64,000 nucleotides of DNA from Myxococcota bacterium (lineage in GTDB: Bacteria; Myxococcota_A; SURF-8): assembly GCA_965140415.1 (NCBI GenBank), contig OZ223209.1:2624001-2688000 (forward strand), read 5' to 3'. Positions 38,569-47,580 of the stretch are shown in pieces. The notes beneath the pieces are model-generated. The model searched no databases. It saw only the letters and a program-made list of their open reading frames with translations, and was not told where the DNA came from. The translations under genes and the position numbers were made by a program. How positions within the stretch are numbered: position 1 is the first letter of the stretch; every line of letters begins with the position of its first letter.

Positions 38569-39221
38569 TGCTCCTCGTTTCCTTCACGTTCGCACTCGGT
38601 CTAACATAGATTTTCCGTTTTGTCACGACAGTCTTGAGTCCTGGCTTATAAGGAGAAAGCGAACGCCCTGTGAAATTCCAAAAATACGGTTTTCGAAAAT
38701 ATCAAAGCAATCGAACGTAAAATTCGTGCCGATTTTTGATTGCAGACGACCAGAGAAGCACACTAAAGATACACTAGATGACCACTAAAGCGCAGTTGGG
38801 CGCGCTTGGCAAATTGGAAAAGTGGCCGAATTATTCCGAATTGAAAGTGATTACAAGAAAAATTTCCGTCTTTGACAGTAAAAGCACACTTAGGACGCTA
38901 GATGCACGTGGCGTAATGCTCTTTGGTGTAACGCTCTATTCAATGGAGGTTGCCTCGTGATGCACCATGGAACGTTTCGCTGTAACTCGATGTGACTGGC
39001 TCGGCGTCACTTCGAGAGAGAGCTTTCAACACTATTAAGGTAGCTTTCCTCTCCAAAAAGCTTTCATTTTCTCTGTACATGCGCTAGACTGCCGCCATTG
39101 TTCCGTCAATTTTACGATCTGTAACGCACCCGACGGGTTTCGTTCGAGCTTTATTCGCAGCAAATTGTGAGTGAAGAGAATGAGGCGGCGGGTGTCACAT
39201 TAGCTGGAGAGGGCTGGTGCA

Positions 39222-42200
39222 ATGCGAGTTCAGATGAAGTTCTGGGTGTTGGCTGTGTCGCTGATAATTGCTGTGATATCAGTTGGATGCGAAGGGAAAG
39301 ACGTTGGATTGGCCGAGGCCGATCATAGCGGAAACGGTCCCACGGTGCATTTTGATTTCGATGCCAAACCGCTACCTGAAATCCCCTTTCCGAACAATCT
39401 CGGAATGATTGCCGATCCGGATAGCCCAACCGGGCGGCGAATCAACGTGAGCGTGTTTGCTCCGACCGTTTTGGAAGAAGAATTGCGCATGAAAATCAAC
39501 GAGTTGGACGGCTTCGGCATCTTGCAGCCGATCACGGTGCAATTCGATAAACCCTTGCATTTACAGACGATTGTCGATCATCATCACGACGCCAACCTCG
39601 ATCCGACGAATGATATCATCTTCCTTTTGAATATCGATCCCAATAGCCCGAAATATGGAACGGCGGTTCCATTGGACGTCGGGCAAGGAAATTTCCCGGT
39701 TGTGATGGCTTCGATTCCGGGCGATCCTTATACGCTGGAGCGGCGCTTGTGTGAAGATGAATTGGTGTCATATGCAGATGAAACTGGCCAAGCTTATGAA
39801 GGTCCGATGAGCGTAATGACCACTGGATATTTCAATCACTGCGACACGGAATGGAACAACACCATTGCCGATCCGCATATCGGCTGCTCCAATCTTCTTT
39901 ACGAAACGCATGAGGAAGATGTAAACGGCAACGGGATTCTGGACGAAGGCGAAGACATCGACAGCGACGGCGTTCTGGATCATCCGAATGTGTTGATGGA
40001 GGGTGGCGATCAATACGACGATCTGGTGACCTTCTTCGAGAAGGAAAGCAACACCCTGATTTTCCGTCCGCTGCTTCCGTTGGAAGAAAAAACGACCTAT
40101 GCCGTAGTCCTTACAAAAGGATTGCGCGGCGTAAATTCGGTTACGGGCGAAGCGGGCGATCCCATCCAGAGTGCATTCGATGGCATTAATCATTTGAAGC
40201 AAACGGATGAGTTGGTGCCCATGTTGGACGTGCTGGGAAGCGGCTTCACCATGGAGGGAGATTCCGAACAGCGCCCGCTTTCACTTTCCATCGACGATAT
40301 CGCCTTTACCTGGAGCTACACCACGCAGTCGATCACGGAAGATCTTGTCACTATTCGCAAAGGCTTGTACGGCGTCGGTCCTTTCAATTGGTTGGAAGAG
40401 CAGTACCCGGCGGAAATGAAGCAAGTGGATCGCATGACCCTGCTGACCGAAGATCTAAGCGCGACGCCTTTCGACGAGCGCAATCAGTACGTGATGCCGA
40501 TCGACAACCTGCGGGAAATTCTGCAAATCGCCGGAACGATGCTGTTGGCGGAGCTGGTCGGAGAAGAACACGCAGCCGAGTCGGTAGAGTACATGGTCGA
40601 GTCGATGAATTCCATTTCGCATATGATTTCTGGCCGTTTCACGACGCCGTATTTCCTGGCGGATCAAGACGAAATCGGCACGGAAGGTTATGCTGCCGAC
40701 TACGACGAATCCTTTAAAATCAACTCCAGAACGGGAGAGGCGCATGTCGGTGAGGATGAGGTCACCTGGTGGTGCGCGATTCCGAAAGAGACGGAACGCT
40801 TCAAGCAGCCTTTCCCGGTAAGCGTGTATTCCCATGGTTATTCCGCCAACCGTTTTGAGGTCGTCGGTTTTGCAAGCTTGATGGCCCGTTATGGACTGGC
40901 AACTTGCGGTATCGACTCGGTGGGGCATGGTCTGGTGATTCCTGCCAACTTCTTGGAAGACGATCTGGTGCAGCATCTGCTCGATCAGAAAAAGGTATCG
41001 CCTGCGATAAAAAGCATTGCGACGGGCCGTGCGCGCGATCTGAACAACGACGGCGTACCCGATTCCGGTGGCGATTTCTGGACGGCGGATACTTTCCATA
41101 CGCGCGATATCGTGCGCCAATCCACCATCGACACCATGCAGTTCATTCGCATCATGCGCCATTTCGATGGCGAAGCGAAATGGAACGACGGCGTGTTCGA
41201 GAACGATGGAGAATATTTCACTTCCGACAGCAAGCCGACGATAGCCGGTGATTTCGATGACAACGGCGTACCGGATATCGGCGGCATGAACCAGGATTAC
41301 TATGCCTGGGGACAGTCGCTGGGTGGCTTTATCACCACGCTTTTGGCCGCTACCGACCCTGCGGTTACTGCCGCAGCGCCCGTCGCCGCAGGAGCAGGGT
41401 TGATCGATGTCGGTATTCGCACGATTCAGGAAGGCGTGATTCAGGCCGTGTTCCTGCAATTCATGGGGCCGTTCTTGTATGCACAGCGCGTGCCGGGCAC
41501 GAAGCAACTTTCCTTCGGCTTTATCGTTGCCGACAATACCCGTTGGTGGGCCAGTAACGACGGCGTTCATGATTACTACATTCGCGATTTCGCGCGCACC
41601 GATCCGGATTCGAAAGATCGCGCTCGGGTCGGTGATCGAGTGGTGATTGTGAATGAAAAATCGGGTGATGAATGGTTCTGTATTCTGGATGAAAACATGA
41701 GTTGCCGCACCGGCTATGCCGCCGATGCGATGGATGCGACTGAAAAACGCCATCTGTACGGCATGAAAGATGAATGGTATTTCAGAGGCACCAAGGAAAT
41801 CATGCCGCAACGCGATGGTGGCGATTATTTCTGGCAACCCACTGATGAACAATTGGCGGAAATGGGCGAGGAAGAAAAGCGCTTGTTCGATCTGCGTTCG
41901 GAAATTCACTGGATCGACGATGCAACGAAGGTCGGCGATCCGATTCGCATCGAGATCCGCAGCCCGGGCGGTCGCGTGAAGGAAGTCATCGAGCAGTGGG
42001 CGCAGAACATCGAAACGGTAAGCGGCGAGCCTTTCCCCGGTGGCTTTTACCAGGGCTTTTTCTATCGCCCCGGCGACAAGTTGGTTTCTCCCGGCGAAGG
42101 TCTTGGCAGGCAGCGCCAGACGCCCGACTTCCGCCGCATGATGATGATTTCCGCCATGATTCTGGAGCCTGCCGACCCGGCAGCCTATGCACGGCATCTG

Positions 42201-42935
42201 TTCGAACGTCCGCTTGATTTCAGCGATGTGCCAGCCGATGCGGCGCTCTATGAATTCCGCAAGCAGCGCGAAGGCTCGGGTTGGACGCCTCACGTCGATA
42301 CCTTGGTGATTCCGACAAACGGCGATATGAACGTTCCCGTGGCGACGGAATATCATCTGGGACGCTCGGCGGGAATGATCGAATTATATAAAACCAGACC
42401 GGAATGGGATGGCTTCAACTGCGAAAATCGCAGCTACTCCGAAAACGACATGCTGATCGAGAGCAAATCCCTGGAAGTGATTGAAAGCCAGTACTATTTC
42501 GATAACTCCTGCTGGAGCGATGCCAGAGCGTTGAATTTCGATGCCGACAACCTCGACGGAAATCTGGATGAATTCGATGCGCCGACCGTGCCGGGCAAAC
42601 CGCTGCGAGCGACCGTCGTCAGCCGTCCCTGGGATGCGTCGGAAAGTCGCTTGGATCGGCAGCCGGAATGGGAAGGCAGCGAGGATGGACTGGCGGGAGT
42701 CTGGCGCGCGGAAGAAGGTATTTCCGCGATGCGCGTTCCTTACCTTCTGATGGAAGGATCGCATGGTTTCGTGGTGCCGGCTCCCTATAAAATCTACGAT
42801 ATCGATCAACACATGATCAATATGGTGGGTCGCTTCTTCCAGAGTCACGGCAAGGAATTGTGGGATCATCCCTGCCTGGCGGATTCCTCCTGCGAATTCT
42901 TCGACGAAGACGATTACGCCGTCCCGCCGGAATGA
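39222..42935 (+). CDS. 1237-aa lipoprotein: Ig-like N-terminus plus alpha/beta hydrolase (extracellular lipase-like)
   Basis: Lipobox SVG-C; PFPNN, LDGFG; HGYS, GQSLGG nucleophile elbow, GDMNVP, SHGF; several DxNxDG Ca-binding-like loops. Confidence 0.8.
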   Translation: MRVQMKFWVLAVSLIIAVISVGCEGKDVGLAEADHSGNGPTVHFDFDAKPLPEIPFPNNLGMIADPDSPTGRRINVSVFAPTVLEEELRMKINELDGFGILQPITVQFDKPLHLQTIVDHHHDANLDPTNDIIFLLNIDPNSPKYGTAVPLDVGQGNFPVVMASIPGDPYTLERRLCEDELVSYADETGQAYEGPMSVMTTGYFNHCDTEWNNTIADPHIGCSNLLYETHEEDVNGNGILDEGEDIDSDGVLDHPNVLMEGGDQYDDLVTFFEKESNTLIFRPLLPLEEKTTYAVVLTKGLRGVNSVTGEAGDPIQSAFDGINHLKQTDELVPMLDVLGSGFTMEGDSEQRPLSLSIDDIAFTWSYTTQSITEDLVTIRKGLYGVGPFNWLEEQYPAEMKQVDRMTLLTEDLSATPFDERNQYVMPIDNLREILQIAGTMLLAELVGEEHAAESVEYMVESMNSISHMISGRFTTPYFLADQDEIGTEGYAADYDESFKINSRTGEAHVGEDEVTWWCAIPKETERFKQPFPVSVYSHGYSANRFEVVGFASLMARYGLATCGIDSVGHGLVIPANFLEDDLVQHLLDQKKVSPAIKSIATGRARDLNNDGVPDSGGDFWTADTFHTRDIVRQSTIDTMQFIRIMRHFDGEAKWNDGVFENDGEYFTSDSKPTIAGDFDDNGVPDIGGMNQDYYAWGQSLGGFITTLLAATDPAVTAAAPVAAGAGLIDVGIRTIQEGVIQAVFLQFMGPFLYAQRVPGTKQLSFGFIVADNTRWWASNDGVHDYYIRDFARTDPDSKDRARVGDRVVIVNEKSGDEWFCILDENMSCRTGYAADAMDATEKRHLYGMKDEWYFRGTKEIMPQRDGGDYFWQPTDEQLAEMGEEEKRLFDLRSEIHWIDDATKVGDPIRIEIRSPGGRVKEVIEQWAQNIETVSGEPFPGGFYQGFFYRPGDKLVSPGEGLGRQRQTPDFRRMMMISAMILEPADPAAYARHLFERPLDFSDVPADAALYEFRKQREGSGWTPHVDTLVIPTNGDMNVPVATEYHLGRSAGMIELYKTRPEWDGFNCENRSYSENDMLIESKSLEVIESQYYFDNSCWSDARALNFDADNLDGNLDEFDAPTVPGKPLRATVVSRPWDASESRLDRQPEWEGSEDGLAGVWRAEEGISAMRVPYLLMEGSHGFVVPAPYKIYDIDQHMINMVGRFFQSHGKELWDHPCLADSSCEFFDEDDYAVPPE

Positions 42936-42997
42936 GATTGTACTTTCGGTAACTAATCGATTAAAGCTGGAACTCTCAACGTGGCCAGTGCGCTTTT

Positions 42998-43885
42998 TTA
43001 AAAAGAAGCCACTGGCCGTTTTAATGCCAACAGTACGGCGGACAAGGTAATTCCGCAGCCAAGAATTGTAAGCAATCCGACCGTTTCTCCAAGCCACAGC
43101 CAGGCTAATATCGTTGCACCCACTGGTTCCCCGACTACCGCCATGGCAACCGTCGATGGCGGCAGATGGCGTAAACTCCAGGTTAGCAGTGTGTGTCCGA
43201 CCAATTGAGGGAACAGGGCGGCAAGAAAGAGGTACAGCCAGGCGCTGTCGGTGGCGGGAGTGAGCGGAATACCGAAAAACCAGGCTGTTAACAGCAGGAG
43301 AAAACCGCCTGTGGTTGTGGCAATAGCGGAAAAGCTCCATAGTTGCATTGCGTTGCCCAGCCTGCGCCCGATCAGCATATAGGCGGCCATGGCCATTGCC
43401 CCCAGCAGCGCGAGCGTGTCTCCCGTTAATGAACCGAAGGAAACGATCAAATCGCTGCCACCGATCAAGACCACGCCGATTGTTGCCAGGGCTACCGCGA
43501 ACCAAAGCGGTCGGCTGGGACGATCGCGACCACTGAGCCAGCCGATCAGAGCCAGCAATAATGGCGTGGTGGTGACTAATGTGACAGAGGCGGCGATACT
43601 GGTGAGTGTCAGGGAACTGACCCAGGCTCCGAAATGGATGGCATAGCAGAAGCCGGCTAATAAGCCATATAAAAACAAGCGTTTAGAGATCCGCTTGCGC
43701 AGCAGTTGATGAAGCAGGATGGGCGAAAGCAGCAAACCGGCCATAATTAGGCGAATGCCGGCAGCTGTTAACGGATGCGTAGGTGAGGCCAGCCGAAAAA
43801 AGATGGCGGCGAAGGAGATGGAAAGCACGGCGAAGAAAAGCGCAGAAGCGAGCAGCACCGGAGATGTCGAGATTTTATCGCGCAT
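42998..43885 (-). CDS. DMT/EamA family transporter
   Basis: About 10 TMs, two EamA repeats, PQLVGHTL, GEPVGATILAW.WLGE. Confidence 0.9.
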   Translation of the reverse strand: MRDKISTSPVLLASALFFAVLSISFAAIFFRLASPTHPLTAAGIRLIMAGLLLSPILLHQLLRKRISKRLFLYGLLAGFCYAIHFGAWVSSLTLTSIAASVTLVTTTPLLLALIGWLSGRDRPSRPLWFAVALATIGVVLIGGSDLIVSFGSLTGDTLALLGAMAMAAYMLIGRRLGNAMQLWSFSAIATTTGGFLLLLTAWFFGIPLTPATDSAWLYLFLAALFPQLVGHTLLTWSLRHLPPSTVAMAVVGEPVGATILAWLWLGETVGLLTILGCGITLSAVLLALKRPVASF

Positions 43886-44083
43886 AAGGATCGCCGTATT
43901 TCCGAAATAAAATGAAGGTTTTTATTCAGGCGGAGAGTCTAGCATGTCCTGTTTTTTAAAAATACAGTGAAAACACTAAAAAAAACGCTTGCATGGTTCT
44001 GGAAATTTGTGTTATAGCAATATTAGTGATATTGGAGATTATAGAAGAATGCGCGTGCAACCCTCTCAGTTAGGCGGTAAAAT

Positions 44084-44641
44084 ATGACGAAGTCGAAGCT
44101 CAAGGACAAGAAGATTTTCACGACGGGTGCTGTAGCCAAATTGTTTGGGATCAACATCAATACCGTAATCAAGTGGTTTGATGAAGGTAAAATCAATGGT
44201 TTCCGACTTCCGATCAGCAACGATCGACGAATTCCCATCAGCAGCCTGAGAGAATTCATGGCGAAAAACAACATCCCGATGGATTTGTTGGAAGAAGATG
44301 GGCCGATGCGGCGACAGTTCACGCGCTTCGATTATGATCTGCCTATCGAATTCACGGTATCCAACGGCAAAGCCTATGGTCCCTATCCCGGTCGATTGCA
44401 GAATATCTCGGAAGGCGGGGCTTGTATTTCGACAGTGGGGCTGGAAGGCCTGACGATTCCTACGCATACTCTTCAGCTTGATTTCATGGTGGATAGCGGT
44501 CCTTTAAGCGAAGTTCCCATGCGCGGAGAAATTATTCGCATGCAGCCTGGGAATGACGAGCTGGCTATCGGCATGAAGTTTTTTGCTGACGATCCGAATT
44601 TCCAGCAGAAGATTCATAGCTTTATCGAAACGAATTTCTAA
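44084..44641 (+). CDS. Excisionase/MerR-like HTH fused to a PilZ domain
   Basis: FTTGAVAKLFGININTVIKWFDEG...RRIP, then RQFTR, NISEGG, GEIIR, GMKF. Confidence 0.85.
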   Translation: MTKSKLKDKKIFTTGAVAKLFGININTVIKWFDEGKINGFRLPISNDRRIPISSLREFMAKNNIPMDLLEEDGPMRRQFTRFDYDLPIEFTVSNGKAYGPYPGRLQNISEGGACISTVGLEGLTIPTHTLQLDFMVDSGPLSEVPMRGEIIRMQPGNDELAIGMKFFADDPNFQQKIHSFIETNF

Positions 44642-44770
44642 GCTGCTTTCCTTGCGCGTCCCAAATAGGTTATCTGCCGAAAAAAAAGAAAACCATTTAT
44701 ACTAATTCCTACCGTAAGTTTGAATAAATCTGCGTAATGCAGGTCCAACAGGTATGATGTACGTAGAGTA

Positions 44771-44799
44771 TATCAATGTAATATATTGATATTACATTG
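44771..44799. promoter_or_regulatory. Nested inverted repeat / operator-like site in AT-rich intergenic DNA
   Basis: CAATGTAATAT-ATTG-ATATTACATTG (11-bp perfect arms) overlapping TATCAAT-N7-ATTGATA. Confidence 0.6.
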
Positions 44800-45096
44800 G
44801 AAAAACTAGTGGTTATGCTTGTTAATTTTGTTTTCTTAAGGTAAGTTATATCATATGTAAAAGGGAATAGATGCTTGTATGGGTCTCTCCTATAACTGTT
44901 GATCGATAGCTGAGGCGGGTTTGTCGTGTGGTCGAATTCGTCTAGATTGTAACAGCTAGATTCAAGATTTGGGGTTTGGAAAATTACTTCTGAAAAAGTA
45001 ACAAAAAAAAGATCAAAAAGAGCTTGACAAGATAATAGAAGTAATGCAAGCTGGGATTCGGGTAGAGGAAATAGAAATAAAAGAAGGAGATGGAAG

Positions 45097-47385
45097 ATGA
45101 GGATTTGGCATAGTTTCCTACTCATCATTGTATTAGCACTTATTTCGTTGCCTGCATTTGCAAATGTGCAGAAGGAACAGGGATCGATTTGTTTTTCGGA
45201 TGATGACGGCGACGGCAAATCCGAGCATATGCAGTTCCCGATTCCCGGGCACAGCCTGTTCAGCATCTATCCCGATGACCCGCTAGGCGATTTCATTGGC
45301 GACGATGCAACCTGCGGAATGCCGAAAAGCTATACGGAATTTCCGGATCTCTTCCTGACCGGCGAATTGGGTTATACGCCAGGTGGAACTTGCATGGACG
45401 GAGAAATGCCGTTGGTGGAAGATACCTATTCCGGCGGTTACAAGCTGTTCCTGCTGGATTCGGCAACCTGTACCTACATCGAAGCTATGAGCATGGATAT
45501 CGTGATCAAGAATGCGCCGTTGCAGATGTACTGCCCCGATGCCAAATTCGCCTTCGAGTTCAACAAGGCTCAGATCAATAACTTCATCAGTTCACCGATT
45601 CTGGACTACTTCGCTGCACAGCCGGATTGTCCGCTGTCCTGGGGCGTCGTCGATATCAGCAGTGCCAGCATCGATGACGTGGGCGCGCTGGTTAAAACCG
45701 GTCAGAGCTTCTGCGCGGATGCTCAGTTTACTTATCTGCCAGGTGTGGCCTGCTCCGGTTGCGATGATTGCGGTGTGGAATCCAACGGTCGCATGATGAC
45801 CCAGATGGCTCGCCATCATTACATGACTGGCCGTGCTGCGGTTTGCTCCGATCCTTCAGGCGAGGGTGTGAGCTGCACGCCTCCGATGCGTTTACCCGAG
45901 CGCGAAGTCGGAACGTTCAAAAGCGCTGCTGCCGGTGTGGAAGCCTTTATGCCCGATTTTGGAAAGCTGGGTTTGCAGGCGCTTCCCTCTACTCCCGAAG
46001 ACCTGGTTGAATTCACCAATGCGACCGATCTGCTGGCGATGGACCATTTCAAGGATGGTTTGATCAACGGTTCTTTCCTGATTCTGGAAACTCAGAATCG
46101 CGTATACGAACATACCAAGACCGTGTGCGATCGCGCCTCCGGCGACGTTCTGGAACATGTGATCGATCATCGCGAGCGCGGCATGGTCTTCCCGATTGCC
46201 GTCTTGACTGATCTGAAGAAAGACAAACGCAGCTATGCCGTGAGCTTTGTGATTGCCGATGATGGCGCGGTCTACTCGCGTTGGCGGATCAGCGATTACC
46301 CGGCGCTGGAAGGTCGCAAGATCTACAACGTGCAGCTCTGGTCCTGCTCGTTGCAGGAAACCATTCGCCTGCTCAACGCCGAACTGGATCGCATTGAAGA
46401 AGTGATGGGAACGGTGGCCTTCGAGCCGGAACAGGTTCTGCATCGTGTGCCCAGCGCTTACTTCCTGGCTGCGGACAAGCTGGGTGCGACGACCGCTTTC
46501 CATCTGGGTGGACAGACCGGCGGACTGCACCTGGAAGGCAAGTACTATCCGGAAGACGATCCGCAAAACGCCAAGACCTTCAAGCGTGATCTGGCCGAGG
46601 GTGGCCGTCAGTTGGTCGATCTGCCGCTGGCGCTGGATGCGCAGGTGAAGTTGGTGAACGATCAGGGCGTAGTGCTGGATGAAGTTTACCTGACCGACGG
46701 TGCCTTTACGAGTTTCGATGACACGGCGTTTGAAGAAGGTTCTTCTTCAATGCAGACCAGCGTGAACGAAAATTGTCGACGCGATGACGGTGAAGAGGGT
46801 GATCTGGCGCTGACCGGTTGCGCTCAGACTTCCGGCATGGTGGACTCTTACGCGGTGATCACCCGTACGCTGGCCGGTGGCGCTTCTCCTTACGATGTCG
46901 GCGAATTCGATGCGATCAGCTTCGATTACCAGTCCAACGTATCCTTGGTGCTGTGCATGGAGTCCCGTTCGCGCTACGGCCTGCCGCAGTCCTGCGTGAC
47001 GCTGCCTGCTACCAAGGGCATGATTTCCAAGCAGGTGCGTATGAGCGATTTCTCGATCTACCGCTCGCCGCTGGAAGCTCCGGTACTGAACGACATCGTT
47101 GCGATTTCCTGGAACGCCTGGAATCCGGATCGTGAAGCGGGCAACTATCAGGCTGACTTCGCGGTGGAAAATGTATACCTGCGCGCCAAGTCCGTCGATA
47201 GCGATGCCGCCGACTTCGAAGGTGGTGACAGTGGCGAACTGAGTGCGGATCGACCCGCTTACAGCGCACAGGCGTCGGATGTCGCCGAGAATGGCTGCCA
47301 GGGAACGCCGCAGACGAGTGCTGTCCTGATGCTGATGCTGCTGCTTGGATCGGCGCTCGTGATTCGCAGGAGAGTGATGGCTTAG
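45097..47385 (+). CDS. Secreted Cys-rich surface protein with a MYXO-CTERM-like sorting signal
   Basis: Sec signal AFA; C-terminal GC-x-hydrophobic helix-RRR (ENGCQGTPQTSAVLMLMLLLGSALVIRRR); CBM-like segment near C-terminus. Confidence 0.75.
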   Translation: MRIWHSFLLIIVLALISLPAFANVQKEQGSICFSDDDGDGKSEHMQFPIPGHSLFSIYPDDPLGDFIGDDATCGMPKSYTEFPDLFLTGELGYTPGGTCMDGEMPLVEDTYSGGYKLFLLDSATCTYIEAMSMDIVIKNAPLQMYCPDAKFAFEFNKAQINNFISSPILDYFAAQPDCPLSWGVVDISSASIDDVGALVKTGQSFCADAQFTYLPGVACSGCDDCGVESNGRMMTQMARHHYMTGRAAVCSDPSGEGVSCTPPMRLPEREVGTFKSAAAGVEAFMPDFGKLGLQALPSTPEDLVEFTNATDLLAMDHFKDGLINGSFLILETQNRVYEHTKTVCDRASGDVLEHVIDHRERGMVFPIAVLTDLKKDKRSYAVSFVIADDGAVYSRWRISDYPALEGRKIYNVQLWSCSLQETIRLLNAELDRIEEVMGTVAFEPEQVLHRVPSAYFLAADKLGATTAFHLGGQTGGLHLEGKYYPEDDPQNAKTFKRDLAEGGRQLVDLPLALDAQVKLVNDQGVVLDEVYLTDGAFTSFDDTAFEEGSSSMQTSVNENCRRDDGEEGDLALTGCAQTSGMVDSYAVITRTLAGGASPYDVGEFDAISFDYQSNVSLVLCMESRSRYGLPQSCVTLPATKGMISKQVRMSDFSIYRSPLEAPVLNDIVAISWNAWNPDREAGNYQADFAVENVYLRAKSVDSDAADFEGGDSGELSADRPAYSAQASDVAENGCQGTPQTSAVLMLMLLLGSALVIRRRVMA

Positions 47386-47420
47386 TTCCCGGTTCGCTCT
47401 CTTAGTTTGATCGATTGTTT

Positions 47421-47462
47421 CCCAAAGCCATTCGCGTGCAAAAACACACGAGTGGCTTTGGG
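47421..47462 (+). terminator. Long hairpin after the surface-protein gene
   Basis: CCCAAAGCCATTCGCGTG-N6-CACACGAGTGGCTTTGGG. Confidence 0.55.
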
Positions 47463-47580
47463 TGTTATAGCTGACAAGCTTTTGTAAAGCTGTGATATGG
47501 GGGGAAGCCCGATGGCAAGCCTGATAACTCGTTCTATATGAGTGAAGGCTTGGGGATAGGAGTTTCGAACTCTGGGCAGT

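Noticed and set aside
38716-38732. sigma54-like motif upstream of mutL (minus strand CGGCACG-AATT-TTACG)
   Set aside because: The conserved -12 GC is replaced by AC, and no supporting enhancer sites were seen
40455-42356. 633-aa minus-strand ORF, and other long antisense ORFs such as 7949..9058, 42384..43505, 46747..47922 and 62203..63306
   Set aside because: They lie opposite or across well-supported genes and have no recognisable motifs; typical shadows of biased codon usage
44709-45266. 185-aa minus-strand ORF across the AT-rich intergenic region
   Set aside because: Overlaps the start of the surface-protein gene in antisense, with atypical composition and no motif
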